A stretch of 64,000 nt of DNA from Octopus sinensis. Taxonomy: Eukaryota. The notes beneath the pieces are model-generated. The model saw nothing but the letters and a program-made list of their open reading frames with translations. It was not told the origin of the DNA and did no database searches. The DNA lies in NCBI RefSeq assembly GCF_006345805.1, contig NC_043001.1:27404001-27468000 (forward strand), given 5' to 3'. Positions within the stretch are counted from its first letter, which is position 1; each line of letters begins with the position of its first letter. Positions 13,501-24,200 of the stretch are shown one piece after another. The position numbers and the translations under genes were made by a program.

Positions 13501-15574
13501 GACATCTCAAAGAACTTGGATTCAAGTTAGTCACTTTGCTATTTGCATATTAGTGTTTCTCTCACTTCTCCACAAGATTGTAAGGGTGGATAGCTAACTG
13601 TAATACATTTCAATTTACATAACAATACAAAAACAGATTATTTGAAATTTCACTTTGACAAAATAGTACTTACTGTTTAGCTAGGTTCACATGTACTTGC
13701 AAGGTAATGCTTAACCAACTGTAGGTCACCTGAGATCAGAAGGAAAATAAAGAAAGTCAATAATCAATTTTCAAGATAAATTACCATAAAGAACCATAAC
13801 TCTTGTCAATACACTGACATCTCTTGAAGCATATTCAATTATGAAAGGTGACTACCATAATACTTAATTTTGAAGTTTAACACAGATCTCATTATGCAAA
13901 CAAACAGCTGCATAATCAAATAATTGTATTCTCGGAGAACTACATTGCATCGAAACAACTGTAGTGATTAAAAAATAACTGTCCAACCATACTCCTTGTT
14001 GACTCCAATTTCTTCAATTTTATATTCACACATAACAAATGCCCAAACTTAAAATTGGAAGTATATAATACTACCGGATACTACTGGGCAATTCTGAAGG
14101 TAGACAAGCTTTATAGTGTACTCTACCATGTTCCTAACAGAATACTCCATAACTATATATATAAGCAAAGTGAAATCATAGCCATGGCCAATGCTGGTGG
14201 CATGTAAAAAGCACCTGTTACGGTTTTGGAATGGTAGGTATTCCATATAACCCATGCCAGCATGGAAAACATTAATCAGAAGGGTTAAAGCACCATCCGA
14301 TTGTGGCCGTTGCCAGCCTCGTCTGGCCCCCGTGCCGGTGGCACATAAAAAGCACCATCCGATCGTGGCCGTTTGCCAGCCTCGTCTAGCACCTGTGCAG
14401 GTGGCACATAAAAAGCACCCGCTACACTCCCAGAGTGGTTGGCGTTAGGAAGGGCATCCAGCTGTAGAAACACTGCCAGATCAGACTGGGCCTGGCGCAG
14501 CCTCCTGGCTTCCTAGACCCCAGTTGAACCGTCCAACCCATGCTAGCATGGAAAACGGATGTTAAACGATGATGATGATGTTACTTTGTACTTTTGTAGA
14601 GTAAAAACTTATTCTTTAACAAGAACAGTATTGAAAGTGACTTCAAAGTTTCAGCCAGCTTAGTCATTAACAGACTGTGATACATTATGGTTAATCTTGG
14701 TTATACTTAGTCTCTGTTGAGACAATGTTCTTCGTGGGTTAGTGGAGTTCAGTTGAATGGTTGGTTGTAGGGTAGGTTGTGATGGAGAGGTGTAATGAAT
14801 ATATTTTTATTGATTAAATTTGGGGTTATGTTCATCATCATCATCATCATCGTTTAACATCCGTTTTCCATGCTAGCATGGGTTGGACGGTTCAACCAGT
14901 CTGATCTGGCAGTGTTTCTACAGCTGGATGCCCTTCCTAATGCCAACCACTCCGTGAGTGTAGTGGGTGCTTTTTATGTGCCACCTGCACAGATGCCAGA
15001 CAAGGCTGGCAAACGGCCATGATCGGATGGTGCTTTTTACGTGCCACCGGCACAGGGGCCAGACGAGGCGGCGCTGGCAACGGCCACGTTCGGATGGTTC
15101 TCTTACGTGCCACCGGCACTGGTGTTCAGAATTTATTCATGAATGTAGAACTTTGTAAACAGGTGTGTATATTTAGGTGCGTTGGCTTCAGGCAATGAGA
15201 TCGTTTTTTAGTGATTCACAAAAAAAAAAAAAATGTAGATAGCTAAAAGGAGTTTTTTAGTCAGTGGATGTGCCACTAGTTTTAGTTATTTTTGGTTTAT
15301 AGGATTTAATTCCTTAGTTTGACAATGTGAAGCTCAAAGTTTAGTCCATCATTTAAAAAACTTAGAAACTGGGTGTGTCAGATTTTTGTAATGGAATTTT
15401 TAATGGTTCACAAAAAGAATGTAAGTAAGTAGTGTGTTTTAGCTGATCAGTAAGTTACTTCATTTGCTCTTCATGTCATTTAGGGGTCTCTTGTTTGTAT
15501 TTGGAGTTAGGAGACTATTAGTGGAGTGTGTCACGTTGTTATATGTATGGAAATGTGTTTATCTCGTGTTTTAC

Positions 15575-15625
<51 letters not shown>

Positions 15626-17470
15626 TAGCAGTATCGCCCGGCGTTGCTCGGATTTGTAAGGGAAATAACTATATAAGCATTTTTAGAGAGTTACTTTCCT
15701 TATAGATGCCAATTCAGGCTTTCTTAGCCATTTCTGTTTTGGTGTCTTCAAGCCATGAAGTCGTTGTTCTAAAAGAACGCTGGTCTCCTTGACAACGCTT
15801 TACGACGTTGATTTCCTTACACTCCCTTCTCCACAGCTTCACGAGGGAGGGAAGAAGGGGGAGAAGCAACACAGGTGCAGGTGTGACCATGGACGCCAAC
15901 TCCGCCGCCATCGACACACGAAAAATTATGCATTAAAATGGAATAAAAAATGATGTTGAATTATTTTTAAAATCGTAGACTCATCGTAGACGCGCGCTAA
16001 TACTCAGACGGGCTCGATATGAACCACGACTATAAGATACCCGAATTTGGTTAAACTGCACCGCAAAATGTGGGAGTAGTTAGGAATCTAAATCGAAGGG
16101 GACAGACACTCACACAACTACAGTTTTATATATATAGATATCATCATCATCGTTTAGCGTCCGCTTTCCATGTTAGCATGGGTTGGACGGTTAAACTGGG
16201 GTCTAACCTGCCACATGTGGGACCCAGTGTGCAATGAACGCTTCCACTGTTTCATCACTTGCCGGACCAAAACTGACATTTCTTAGCCTTTTACATGAGA
16301 TATTTGCTAATATTTGAGAAAAGTATTTCCAGGATAAGTCTGCTTTGCAAAAAAGTTCTTTGTTTTGTTACAATTAATGTCTTAACTGCAAACGAATTTC
16401 ACAAGCTATTTTTCGCAGCCTCCGAGTGCAGATAAAACAAAATAGTTTCGTATCATAAAAGTAACAAAAAAAGTTAAGGACATTAAGCATAATTAAATCT
16501 CAGAAACTAGTCTGAGGCCTTAAGGACATTGTTTTCCACATATTGTTCTTGTGAACACTGCTATCTTGATGTTTGTGGAATGATTCCACTGACAATCTGA
16601 CTCAAATCAAATGACACACAACCCTTAGTAATTGTTTTACCGTTTTGTTTACTGGTCGACCAGAAAAAAAATGTTAATACGTTTAATAAAATAATCGGTA
16701 TTCCTTCGAATTATATATAACTCGACAAAATCAAAACATAAACTTCGGGTATTTCCGTGGAAGCAAATGACAGTTCGATTCTGTTTTCTGCTTGGAAATT
16801 TGCGGATTTTGCATACACACATGAAACAGGTAAGAACAAATATGCAAGGCTTTTTCCCTTCAAGTTTTATAATGACATATTGCCGGCATAATTTCGTTAT
16901 ATCTATACTCCCCAACCCACGGAAATACCCGAAGTAAAATGTTTTGATTTTGTCGAGTTATATCGAAGGAATGCCAAATAATCTGTACAAATGGTAACAA
17001 AATTCTCAGTACGCAGTTCCGTCAATTTACTTTCGCTTTTCACGTTTTAATTTGGTACGCTAATCTTCAATATGGCTGTATTTCCTGTTAAACTTTGTAC
17101 AAGCAGAGCGAAATGATTGAAGTTTTCCTTTCTAACTGAAACCGTTCTCTTTACAAAAAAAAAAAAAAAAATTAATTACAAGGATACGACATTTCTCGAT
17201 AAACTCCTGAACCGAATTGTTTGCATTAAACAACACAAACATTTTAAACAGGTAAATAAACTCGAGGCAATCACCTTTTTACCTAACTTCCACACAGAAG
17301 ACTTATTAAAAATTGAATAAATGAGCTATTTCGGAGAACAACACGTAGTACGCAGAAAATACATATATCTAAATTGAAGAAAGCAGAATTAAACTTACAA
17401 CTTTGTTTTCATCATTGATATATTCATCTAAATTATCCAGATACATTGTATCGATGGATGTGGACGCCAT
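1028..17470 (-). CDS. POLD3: DNA polymerase delta subunit 3 (p66/Cdc27 family), spliced, 3'-partial (8 exons in window)
   Basis: Exons 17470-17399, 13729-13674, 11915-11807, 9718-9611, 7874-7810, 5530-5446, 1640-1434 and 1073-1028 are all GT-AG with consistent phases. Joined protein MASTSIDTMYLDNLDEYINDENKV-VTYSWLSITLQVHVNLAKQ-MLFNFV...LHVTYFVAG...HIYSVQK...DSSVLYITDY...IAGMFA resembles the metazoan POLD3 N-terminus (recalled from memory). Confidence 0.93.
1434..1640 (-). CDS. POLD3: POLD3 coding exon 7
   Basis: Open low-complexity S/N/K-rich frame with VIAGMFAQ motif; 207 nt, phase 0/0. Confidence 0.82.
1775..2312 (-). mobile_element. Two adjacent tRNA-derived SINEs sharing a common 3' tail
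   Basis: tRNA-like heads with A/B boxes at ~2065 and ~2312 on the minus strand; shared tail gccaggctcatgggccc...ccagctggacgggatgccagtccat; the first is related to 44225-44420. Confidence 0.7.
2803..3240 (-). mobile_element. RTE 3'-UTR-derived repeat with internal ~55 bp tandem units and (GAT)n tail
   Basis: Same family as 11290-11573, 12189-12655, 14287-14580, 14833-15120, 20513-20907, 32180-32420, 40889-41098, 48300-48750, 51574-51950 and 57890-58213. Confidence 0.75.
4110..4632 (+). mobile_element. Young 5'-truncated RTE LINE with 13 bp TSD
   Basis: Open GC-rich ORF (LLYGCETW...RLRWFGQ...RRAWAAMVRD), caagta tail, TSD aaactccttttgt at 4097-4109 and 4633-4645. Confidence 0.9.
4995..5388 (+). 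mobile_element. tRNA-derived CORE-like SINE with central (TA/TG)n and CR1-type tail
   Basis: A box tggctgtgtggt, B box ggttcattccc, ccttgggcaagt core; copies at 8949-9339(-), 32005-32645(+), 46098-46493(+), 50487-50850(-) and 51983-52371(-). Confidence 0.85.
5446..5530 (-). CDS. POLD3: POLD3 coding exon 6
   Basis: ctgcAG|YSAVKYDAAQKTERKVKTEDIQPNSPLK|GT; phase matches neighbouring exons. Confidence 0.82.
6032..6536. mobile_element. Tc1/mariner (pogo/Tigger-like) MITE
   Basis: TIRs ccataaatcctcaagtat / atactcaaggatttacag flanked by TA. Confidence 0.7.
7810..7874 (-). CDS. POLD3: POLD3 coding exon 5
   Basis: DSSVLYITDYQKMKESEIDSS(R); phase-2 donor. Confidence 0.88.
8949..9339 (-). mobile_element. 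tRNA-derived CORE-like SINE, full length
   Basis: Reverse complement of the 4995-5388 family. Confidence 0.85.
9611..9718 (-). CDS. POLD3: POLD3 coding exon 4
   Basis: VVFCSVVPEEKLETVKSSLQQLYSCHIYSVQKSKLK; AG/GTCAGT boundaries. Confidence 0.92.
10289..10364 (-). ncRNA. Type I hammerhead ribozyme motif
   Basis: UCCUA-CUGAAGA-ACCU...AGGU(A)-GAAACC-GUC-GGUC-UAGGA: stem I, core, stem II, stem III, GUC cleavage triplet. Confidence 0.7.
11807..11915 (-). CDS. POLD3: POLD3 coding exon 3
   Basis: MLFNFVKQQRSEKDSDCLHVTYFVAGITDKKKDGTK; AG/GTAAGG boundaries. Confidence 0.92.
12661..12992. mobile_element. Foldback/MITE-like element with ~105 bp inverted arms
   Basis: gacaggataaaatatccata...gcaactagccatgagac vs gtctcatggctggttgc...tatggatattttatcctgtc; the spacer is duplicated at 13223-13336. 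Confidence 0.6.
13674..13729 (-). CDS. POLD3: POLD3 coding exon 2
   Basis: tctcAG|VTYSWLSITLQVHVNLAK(Q)|GTAAGT, 56 nt. Confidence 0.93.
15624..16138 (-). mobile_element. Non-autonomous Helitron
   Basis: 5' TCTATATATATAAAA, 3' GC hairpin then CTAGT on the minus strand. Confidence 0.7.
16697..16976. mobile_element. MITE with ~60 bp TIRs in POLD3 intron 1
   Basis: ataactcgacaaaatcaaaacat..acttcgggtatttccgtgg vs ccacggaaatacccgaagt..atgttttgattttgtcgagttat. Confidence 0.65.
17399..17470 (-). CDS. POLD3: POLD3 coding exon 1
   Basis: ATG at 17470; MASTSIDTMYLDNLDEYINDENKV; donor GTAAGT. Confidence 0.92.
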
Positions 17471-18065
17471 TTTCGTTTCCCGCGATATTTTCGATTCGGC
17501 CAAAACTATGGATAGTTTTAATGATAACAATTGATGAGGTCCTTCGAATGCAGTATAATCGATTTTTTAAAGCAAATCTATCATAATAATTACATTGCTA
17601 TGATTGTTTATTAACAGTTTAGTAAATTTAGACTTCCAACTAGTCAAATCATCACAGAAACATAGATGCTATTTTTTGAATGTCATTACTGCGTTTAATA
17701 ACCGTTTTTCTCGCATTTCTCGAATTTGAGACAAGACACAAAATATATTTATTTCCTGTTTTCAAGCTCTCTTTTTGAGTTATTTTGATGACATTCGAAA
17801 AATAAGATAAAATATAGTTTGTAATTCATTTAGCGTAGTGTATATTTGAAAGTAAAGGTTTTGTAAATAAAAATTTTCATTTTAAATAATACATTTTGAG
17901 AGCGTTCCGAGGAAGGGAATTTATTGCAAATATAGGTCTCCATATATTTTAATGCAGCAACGACAACAACGGAATCAGGGTAGATAACTCTCAGTGACTT
18001 GTACACTATGGCTGCGAACACACTTTTATTTACTTCTACATCGTGATTTATTAATTTATTAAAGC
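17471..18065. promoter_or_regulatory. Putative bidirectional promoter and 5' UTRs of POLD3/LCMT1
   Basis: Divergent start codons 595 bp apart; repeat-free and relatively CpG-rich compared with the flanks. Confidence 0.7.
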
Positions 18066-18266
18066 ATGGCTAGTGACGAAGCTGTTATGAGCACTAACGA
18101 TGATGCTTCGCAATGCAAGCGTTTCGCTGTAGATAAAGGCTATTGGATTGACCCTTATATCTCTATGCTCGCGATGCGAGGCTCGGATATCCACACGCCG
18201 GAGATAAACCGAGGTTACTATGCGCGTGTAAAAGGAATTCATCTTCTGCTTGAAAAGTTTCTTAAG
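18066..18266 (+). CDS. LCMT1: LCMT1 coding exon 1
   Basis: [27 protein letters not shown]...EKFLK|GTTAGT. Confidence 0.95.
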
Positions 18267-21200
18267 GTTAGTTTATATTGAACAACAAACCACTTGATAT
18301 TAACCACATTTGATCGATCTGAATTTAGGCATAAATTTTGAGATATGATTCAATTACCAGCGTTTTAAACAAGTCTCCATTATATCAATTTTGTAAATTT
18401 TTAACATGATCAGATAACAACTATTAAGGCTTTGAACCATTCCGTCTCTAAACATCTCCAGTAATATACTGTCTAAGTTAACATTTTCACAGGTAACCGT
18501 TTTCGAAACTGAGTTTCGTTTCTGTATTTGCTGATATTGTTTTTTATGTTAACATCTGTACTGTTTTATCGAAAAGTTCTAGTATCGAGACTGCAAGTCG
18601 AATTTGCAGCAGGCTGTAATTACTCATTATTAGACAGTTTACATAATTACATACAATCCAAATGTGACTATAAAGGCGTTTGTGTGCGCAATCATTTTAT
18701 ATTAGTAAGACCTGTCTTTGATTATAACGTACCACTACCACTTTGTCAAGTATCGCTAAAAACAAGCTTGTTATTGCAAGTGTCATCGATTTTATAGTCA
18801 AGCTGTATTCTTGCAATCTCAAAGATAAGAGGCTGGAAAAAGTACAGATTTGTCAATTTTTAGTATTTGTGTATCTTCATTATCACAGCTCTACAATTCG
18901 TTGAGGTAACTCAGATCTTTGCAAAGGTTTGTATATCTGGAGACTAGCTTCAGAATATTGCTTCGCAAGCGTGTTGTATTAACCAGTCTAGAGGGTAACA
19001 TACTTTTATGTATACATATCATTGACAACTGCTCTCCTGCCAAATACTCGACTAAATATGAAAATATTACTGTGGTATTGTTTCACTTTAAACGAATGAA
19101 CCCACTAAAAGTCTCAAGCTTGACTCTTTACGGATTATTTAATAAAATGAAGTGACTACAAAGATATAGAAATTCTTTAAATTCCTATTATATTGGTTTA
19201 TTGAAACGACGAAATGTGCTTAGTTTCTGTATATAGGCAGCTACCATATATATCATTATCATTTAACGTCCGCTTTCCATGCTGGCATAGGTTGGACGGT
19301 TTGACTGAAAACTGGTAAGCTGGAGAGCTGCACTAGGTTCCAAAATGATTTGGCAGGATACCCTTCCTGGCGCCAACCACTCCGAGAGTGTAGTGAGTTT
19401 TTTTTTTTCTTCGTGCAACCGGTATGGGTGCCATTGACTTGACACCAGCATCAGCTACGACTACAGTCTCACTTGACTTGACAGGTCTATACAAGCACGG
19501 TATATTGCCAAATGTCTTGGTCACCTGTCACTACCCCTATGAGGCCCAAAATTCGAACGGTGCTTTTTATGTGGCATCGGCATGGTTGCCAATTAGATTG
19601 CACTGGCATCAGCCATGAATATGATCTCACTCATTTCGACAGGTCTTCACAAGCACAACATATCGCCCAATGATTGGAGGGTGCTTTTAACAGTCAGCTA
19701 CGCGACATTGGCATCAGCCATGACTACAATCTCGCTTGGCTTGAAGGACCTTCTCAAGTACGGCATATTGTCAAAGGTTTTAGTCACTTGTCATTGCCTC
19801 TGTGAAGCCCAGCGTTTAAAGATCATGCTTCACATCTTGTCCCGTGTCATTTTGGGTCTACCTCTTCCACAGGTCCCCTCCACCGTTAGAGTGTGACACT
19901 TCTTCACACAGCTGTCTTCATTCATATGCATCACATGACCATACCAGCGCAGTTGTCTCTCTTGCACACCACATCTAATGCTTCTTATGCCCAACTTTTC
20001 TCCCAGGACACTTTCACTTTGTTGTGCATGCACACTGATATTACACATTCAGCAAAGCATACTAGGTTCATATATATATATTTAGTAATAATAACAATAA
20101 TCCTTAGATAGAATTTATGAATATTTTAATGCAGTGCTACACGCATTTCCACAAATCACATGTCTCATAAGATCACAGTCTGTGTTAATGTTATACAACC
20201 TTTAGAAATGAATCATGAAGATGATCTACCCAATGCCCACAGATATCACTGACTACACTATAATCACCCCAAGAATACAGACTGTGATCTTAAGAGATAT
20301 GTGATTTGTGCAAACGCATGTATCAATGCATTAAGATATTTATAAATTCCTTCCAAGGATTATTGTTATTATTATTAATTTATCCTACATTGTATTGGTA
20401 CTGCTTGGTGCAACCCCAAAAAATTGGTTCATCAGTCAGCATCATTAGACTGTGGCTGGCATAATGGAATAGGAGCTTTATTTGCATATTCAAAATGTTT
20501 CCCCTAAACAAATTTCGAAATCAAATTCATTGACTAGCTTCCATGCTGGTCACATGTAAAAAGCACCATCCAAGCGTGATCATTACCAGCGTCACCTTAC
20601 TGGCAGTTGTGCGGTGGCATGTGAAAAAGCATTCGAGCAAGGTCGTTGCCAGTGCCGCTGGACTGGCTCCTGTGCAAGTGGCATGTAAAAAGCACCATTG
20701 CCAGTACCGCCTGACTGGACCTTGTGCCGGTGGAACATAAAAGCACCCACTACACTCTTGGAGTGGTTGGCGTTAGGAAGGGCATCCAGCTGTAGAGACT
20801 CATCCAGATCAGATTGGAGCCTGGTGTAGTCATCTGGTTCGCCAGTCCTCAGTCAAATAGTCCAACCCATGCTAGCATGGAAAGCGGATGTTAAACGATG
20901 ATGATGAGGATATATATATATGGCAAATGAAAGACGGAAGATATAATATACATAACAATCATTTGAAAGTGACTGTGCTTTACCAGTAAGCTACCAGGTG
21001 TAAACCATTTTATTACCCATTATACACACACACATACACATTATTCTTAAACAAGGATATTATTGTCAGTGACTTCGAAGTTTTGGCCAGTTATGCCATT
21101 GTCAGACTTTGATGCCTCGAAGTTAATCTTGGCTTTATATGGCCTATCTTGAGTTAAAATCTTCTTTGGGTGTGTGGAAGATTTTTATTCAATGGAGACT

Positions 21201-24200
21201 ATATAAAGCCAAGATTAACTTCAGTGCATCACAGTGTAACGATGACTTAACTGGCCAAAACTTCAAAGTCACTATTAATAAGAGTAATACAGATTCACAA
21301 GAATCAAGGTACATCAACTTGCAGGACGCCAAAAATAGTTAGGTTCAATAACATAGAGCTCACAGTGAGATAAAGAACATTGAAGACATCAAGGGTTGGG
21401 AGCATATTGCCAGTACCAAATCCAACTTAAGTCATAGATCTGACTCAAGTGGGTCCTTGGTGTGGTGTAGGTATAAAAAGTAAAATTTATGACAGCTGTT
21501 TTGGTAAAATTTTATTCATTTAATAGTTATAGAAGATTACATCAAAATATATAATTCATCATCATCAGGTAAAATTTTTAACATCAACCTGGACATAGCC
21601 AATATTCATTCAACAACATTAAATAAATAAAATTGTATCAAATAAAATGGCTTATTAGCTTACCTAATTAAAAAGTGGCAGGGAGACAACTACAATAAAT
21701 AAAAATGGCTTTTAAAATTTACAACCGCTGTTTTGATACAATTTTATTTATTGTGGTTGTCTCCCTGCCATTTTTTAATTAGGTAAGCTAATAATTCTCC
21801 TCATTACATCTAGGGGGATTCACATGGGTTCATCACAACCAGCACAAATCAATAAATGGCATCCATAAAAACTAATGTTTTTTTTACAATTTAAGCCAGT
21901 TCCTGTGACTCTTTTTAAAAAGAAGTTTAGGAAGTCTTTAGAAGAATTCATCAAAATCTAACTATAATAACAAAAGATGAAAAAACAAAAAACATGGAAA
22001 ATGGCCGATAATTGAAAGTGAAAAAAAAGTGGAATCTAAAAACAAATTTCTTTTTCTTTTTACTAAATGTAAAAGCATACATGTGCAACATTCATCTGCT
22101 TAGAAGATTCCAAATTCCATTTCAAGAAAGGTTCTATTTTTGAAAATCAAAAATAACTTACTACTAAGGCAATTTAATTGCAGAGAGCTAACCTGAACTG
22201 GTACCTTATGGAAGAATAACACTAAACCATCAGCAAATTAAGGAACCATACACAAGAAAAAATTCTCTGAATCAACATATAGATATTTGTGGGTCACAAA
22301 TTTTGGTGAATTTCTTTTTCTTTTTATTTTTTCTCAATGTAGCAGTTCAGTTATAGAAAAACAAATAGACAAAGAAATGCAGTTTATAAACAGATTAGCC
22401 AAAATTAAATGCATTGTGTTTTAATAGACATAACTTTATTACATCCCTTTATTGACTTAATTATATCCCTTGAAGTAACTTGATGTCTTGTGTTATTAAA
22501 GCGTTTACATTCAGAACTACTCTTCTATTATTGTTAGGGATTCAGCAATGACTATAATTGTTTTTATTTTAATATATACTACTTTTAAAATTATGTAACA
22601 ACATTTAATGAAATTCAATAAAAACACTTAGTGACTTTGAAAATATTCAACTTGGGTTGAACTGGAAGAAAAAGATTTATCACTATTTTCTATATTCATT
22701 GTATTTTGAAATATTTTGATACTATATTTTGATATTAGATAAAAACTTTAGTGCTTTTGTTACTTTTACTTTTCCTGTGTGTGTTTAAGCTTACAAACAA
22801 TATAAAAAATATAAAAATTTATTATTCCTCAATTAGAATAGTATTGACAGTGACTTTGAAGTTTCAGCCAGCTAAGCTGTCTTTTATACACATGGCCATA
22901 CAAGATCTATACACATGCCCAGATAATGCAGTCTTTTCTTTTGTACACAACATGAGATTCCTATGTTCCGATTCTCTATCATTCATGCACACTACTATCA
23001 TCCAGTGGGAAATGCTCACTTTAGTTTGGTTTTAGTTGCTGGTTTTAGAAATTAAGTTTATTTTCTTAACTGCTACAAGGGTAAAGGTGATGCTCTAGAT
23101 AGAAATAACTGCAGGGGTATCAAACTACTGGATCAGGTGATGAAGATCACGGAGAAGGTCATAGCCCATCTCATCAGGGAGAGAGTCTGCTTAGATGAGA
23201 TGCAGTTTGGTTTTGTGCCGAGTAGAAGCACCACTGATGCCATATTCCTGGTTCGACAACTTCAGGAGAAATACCTAGCTAAAGATAAACTCCTATACTT
23301 AGCTTTTGTGGACTTGGAGAAAGCCTTTGACAAGGTCCCCTGATCCCTTATCTGGTAGGCGATGCAGAAACTGGAGATTGACGAATGGTTAATAAGGGCT
23401 GTATAGACCCTTTACAGAGAGGCCGTTAGTAAGGTTAGGATTGGCAATGAGTATAGTGAAGTATTCCGGGTAGAAGTAGGGGTCCACCAAGGTTCAGCCC
23501 TCAGTCCCCTTTTATTCATCATAGTCCTCCAGGAAATAACAGAGGAGTGGTTGGCGTTAGGAAGGGCATCAAGCTGTAGAAACACTGCCAGATCAGACTA
23601 GAGCCTGGTGCAGCCACCAGACTTCCCAGACCCCGGTCGAACCGTCCAACCCATGCTAGCATGGAAAACGGACGTTAAACGATGATGATGATGACGTACT
23701 ATTTAGTTTTCTTGGTGTATGGTTCAGTAAAAGAAAGTAGTAGCTTTATGAGATCCTTTAAAAATTTGGCACCTCAGACATGTGCTCTACCTATCTCCAG
23801 CCTAGTTCTTCACTGATTATGTATAATCTTTAAAATGTCTTAGTTCACTACATTAATGTTAACACCAACCAATGCAACTATTTGTAATATTTACTGATGG
23901 TCAGCTGTGATTTTTAATTCTACACTAAGATACTTGACGCATTTATCATTGGTTTCTTACTTGCTGATATTAATCTCTCATATATATAAGTGAGGAAAAT
24001 AAAGTTATGTAACATTTGTGCCTTTTTCAAGAACATTAATAACCAGAATTTATAAATGTTTCACTTATTTTGCTCATCAGATCTTCATCTCTAGCCATCA
24101 CAATTCAATAGTATTTTCAATTTGTCTATGAAATTTCACATTTGTTTCAGTACATTTTGCTTCTCTAACTTCTGGTCATCCCAAATCTTCATATATTTTA

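Noticed and set aside
24050-24085. CUGAUGA...GAAAC on the minus strand
   Set aside because: No stem III/UH or stem I pairing; chance match (likewise 7320-7375 and 10030-10075)
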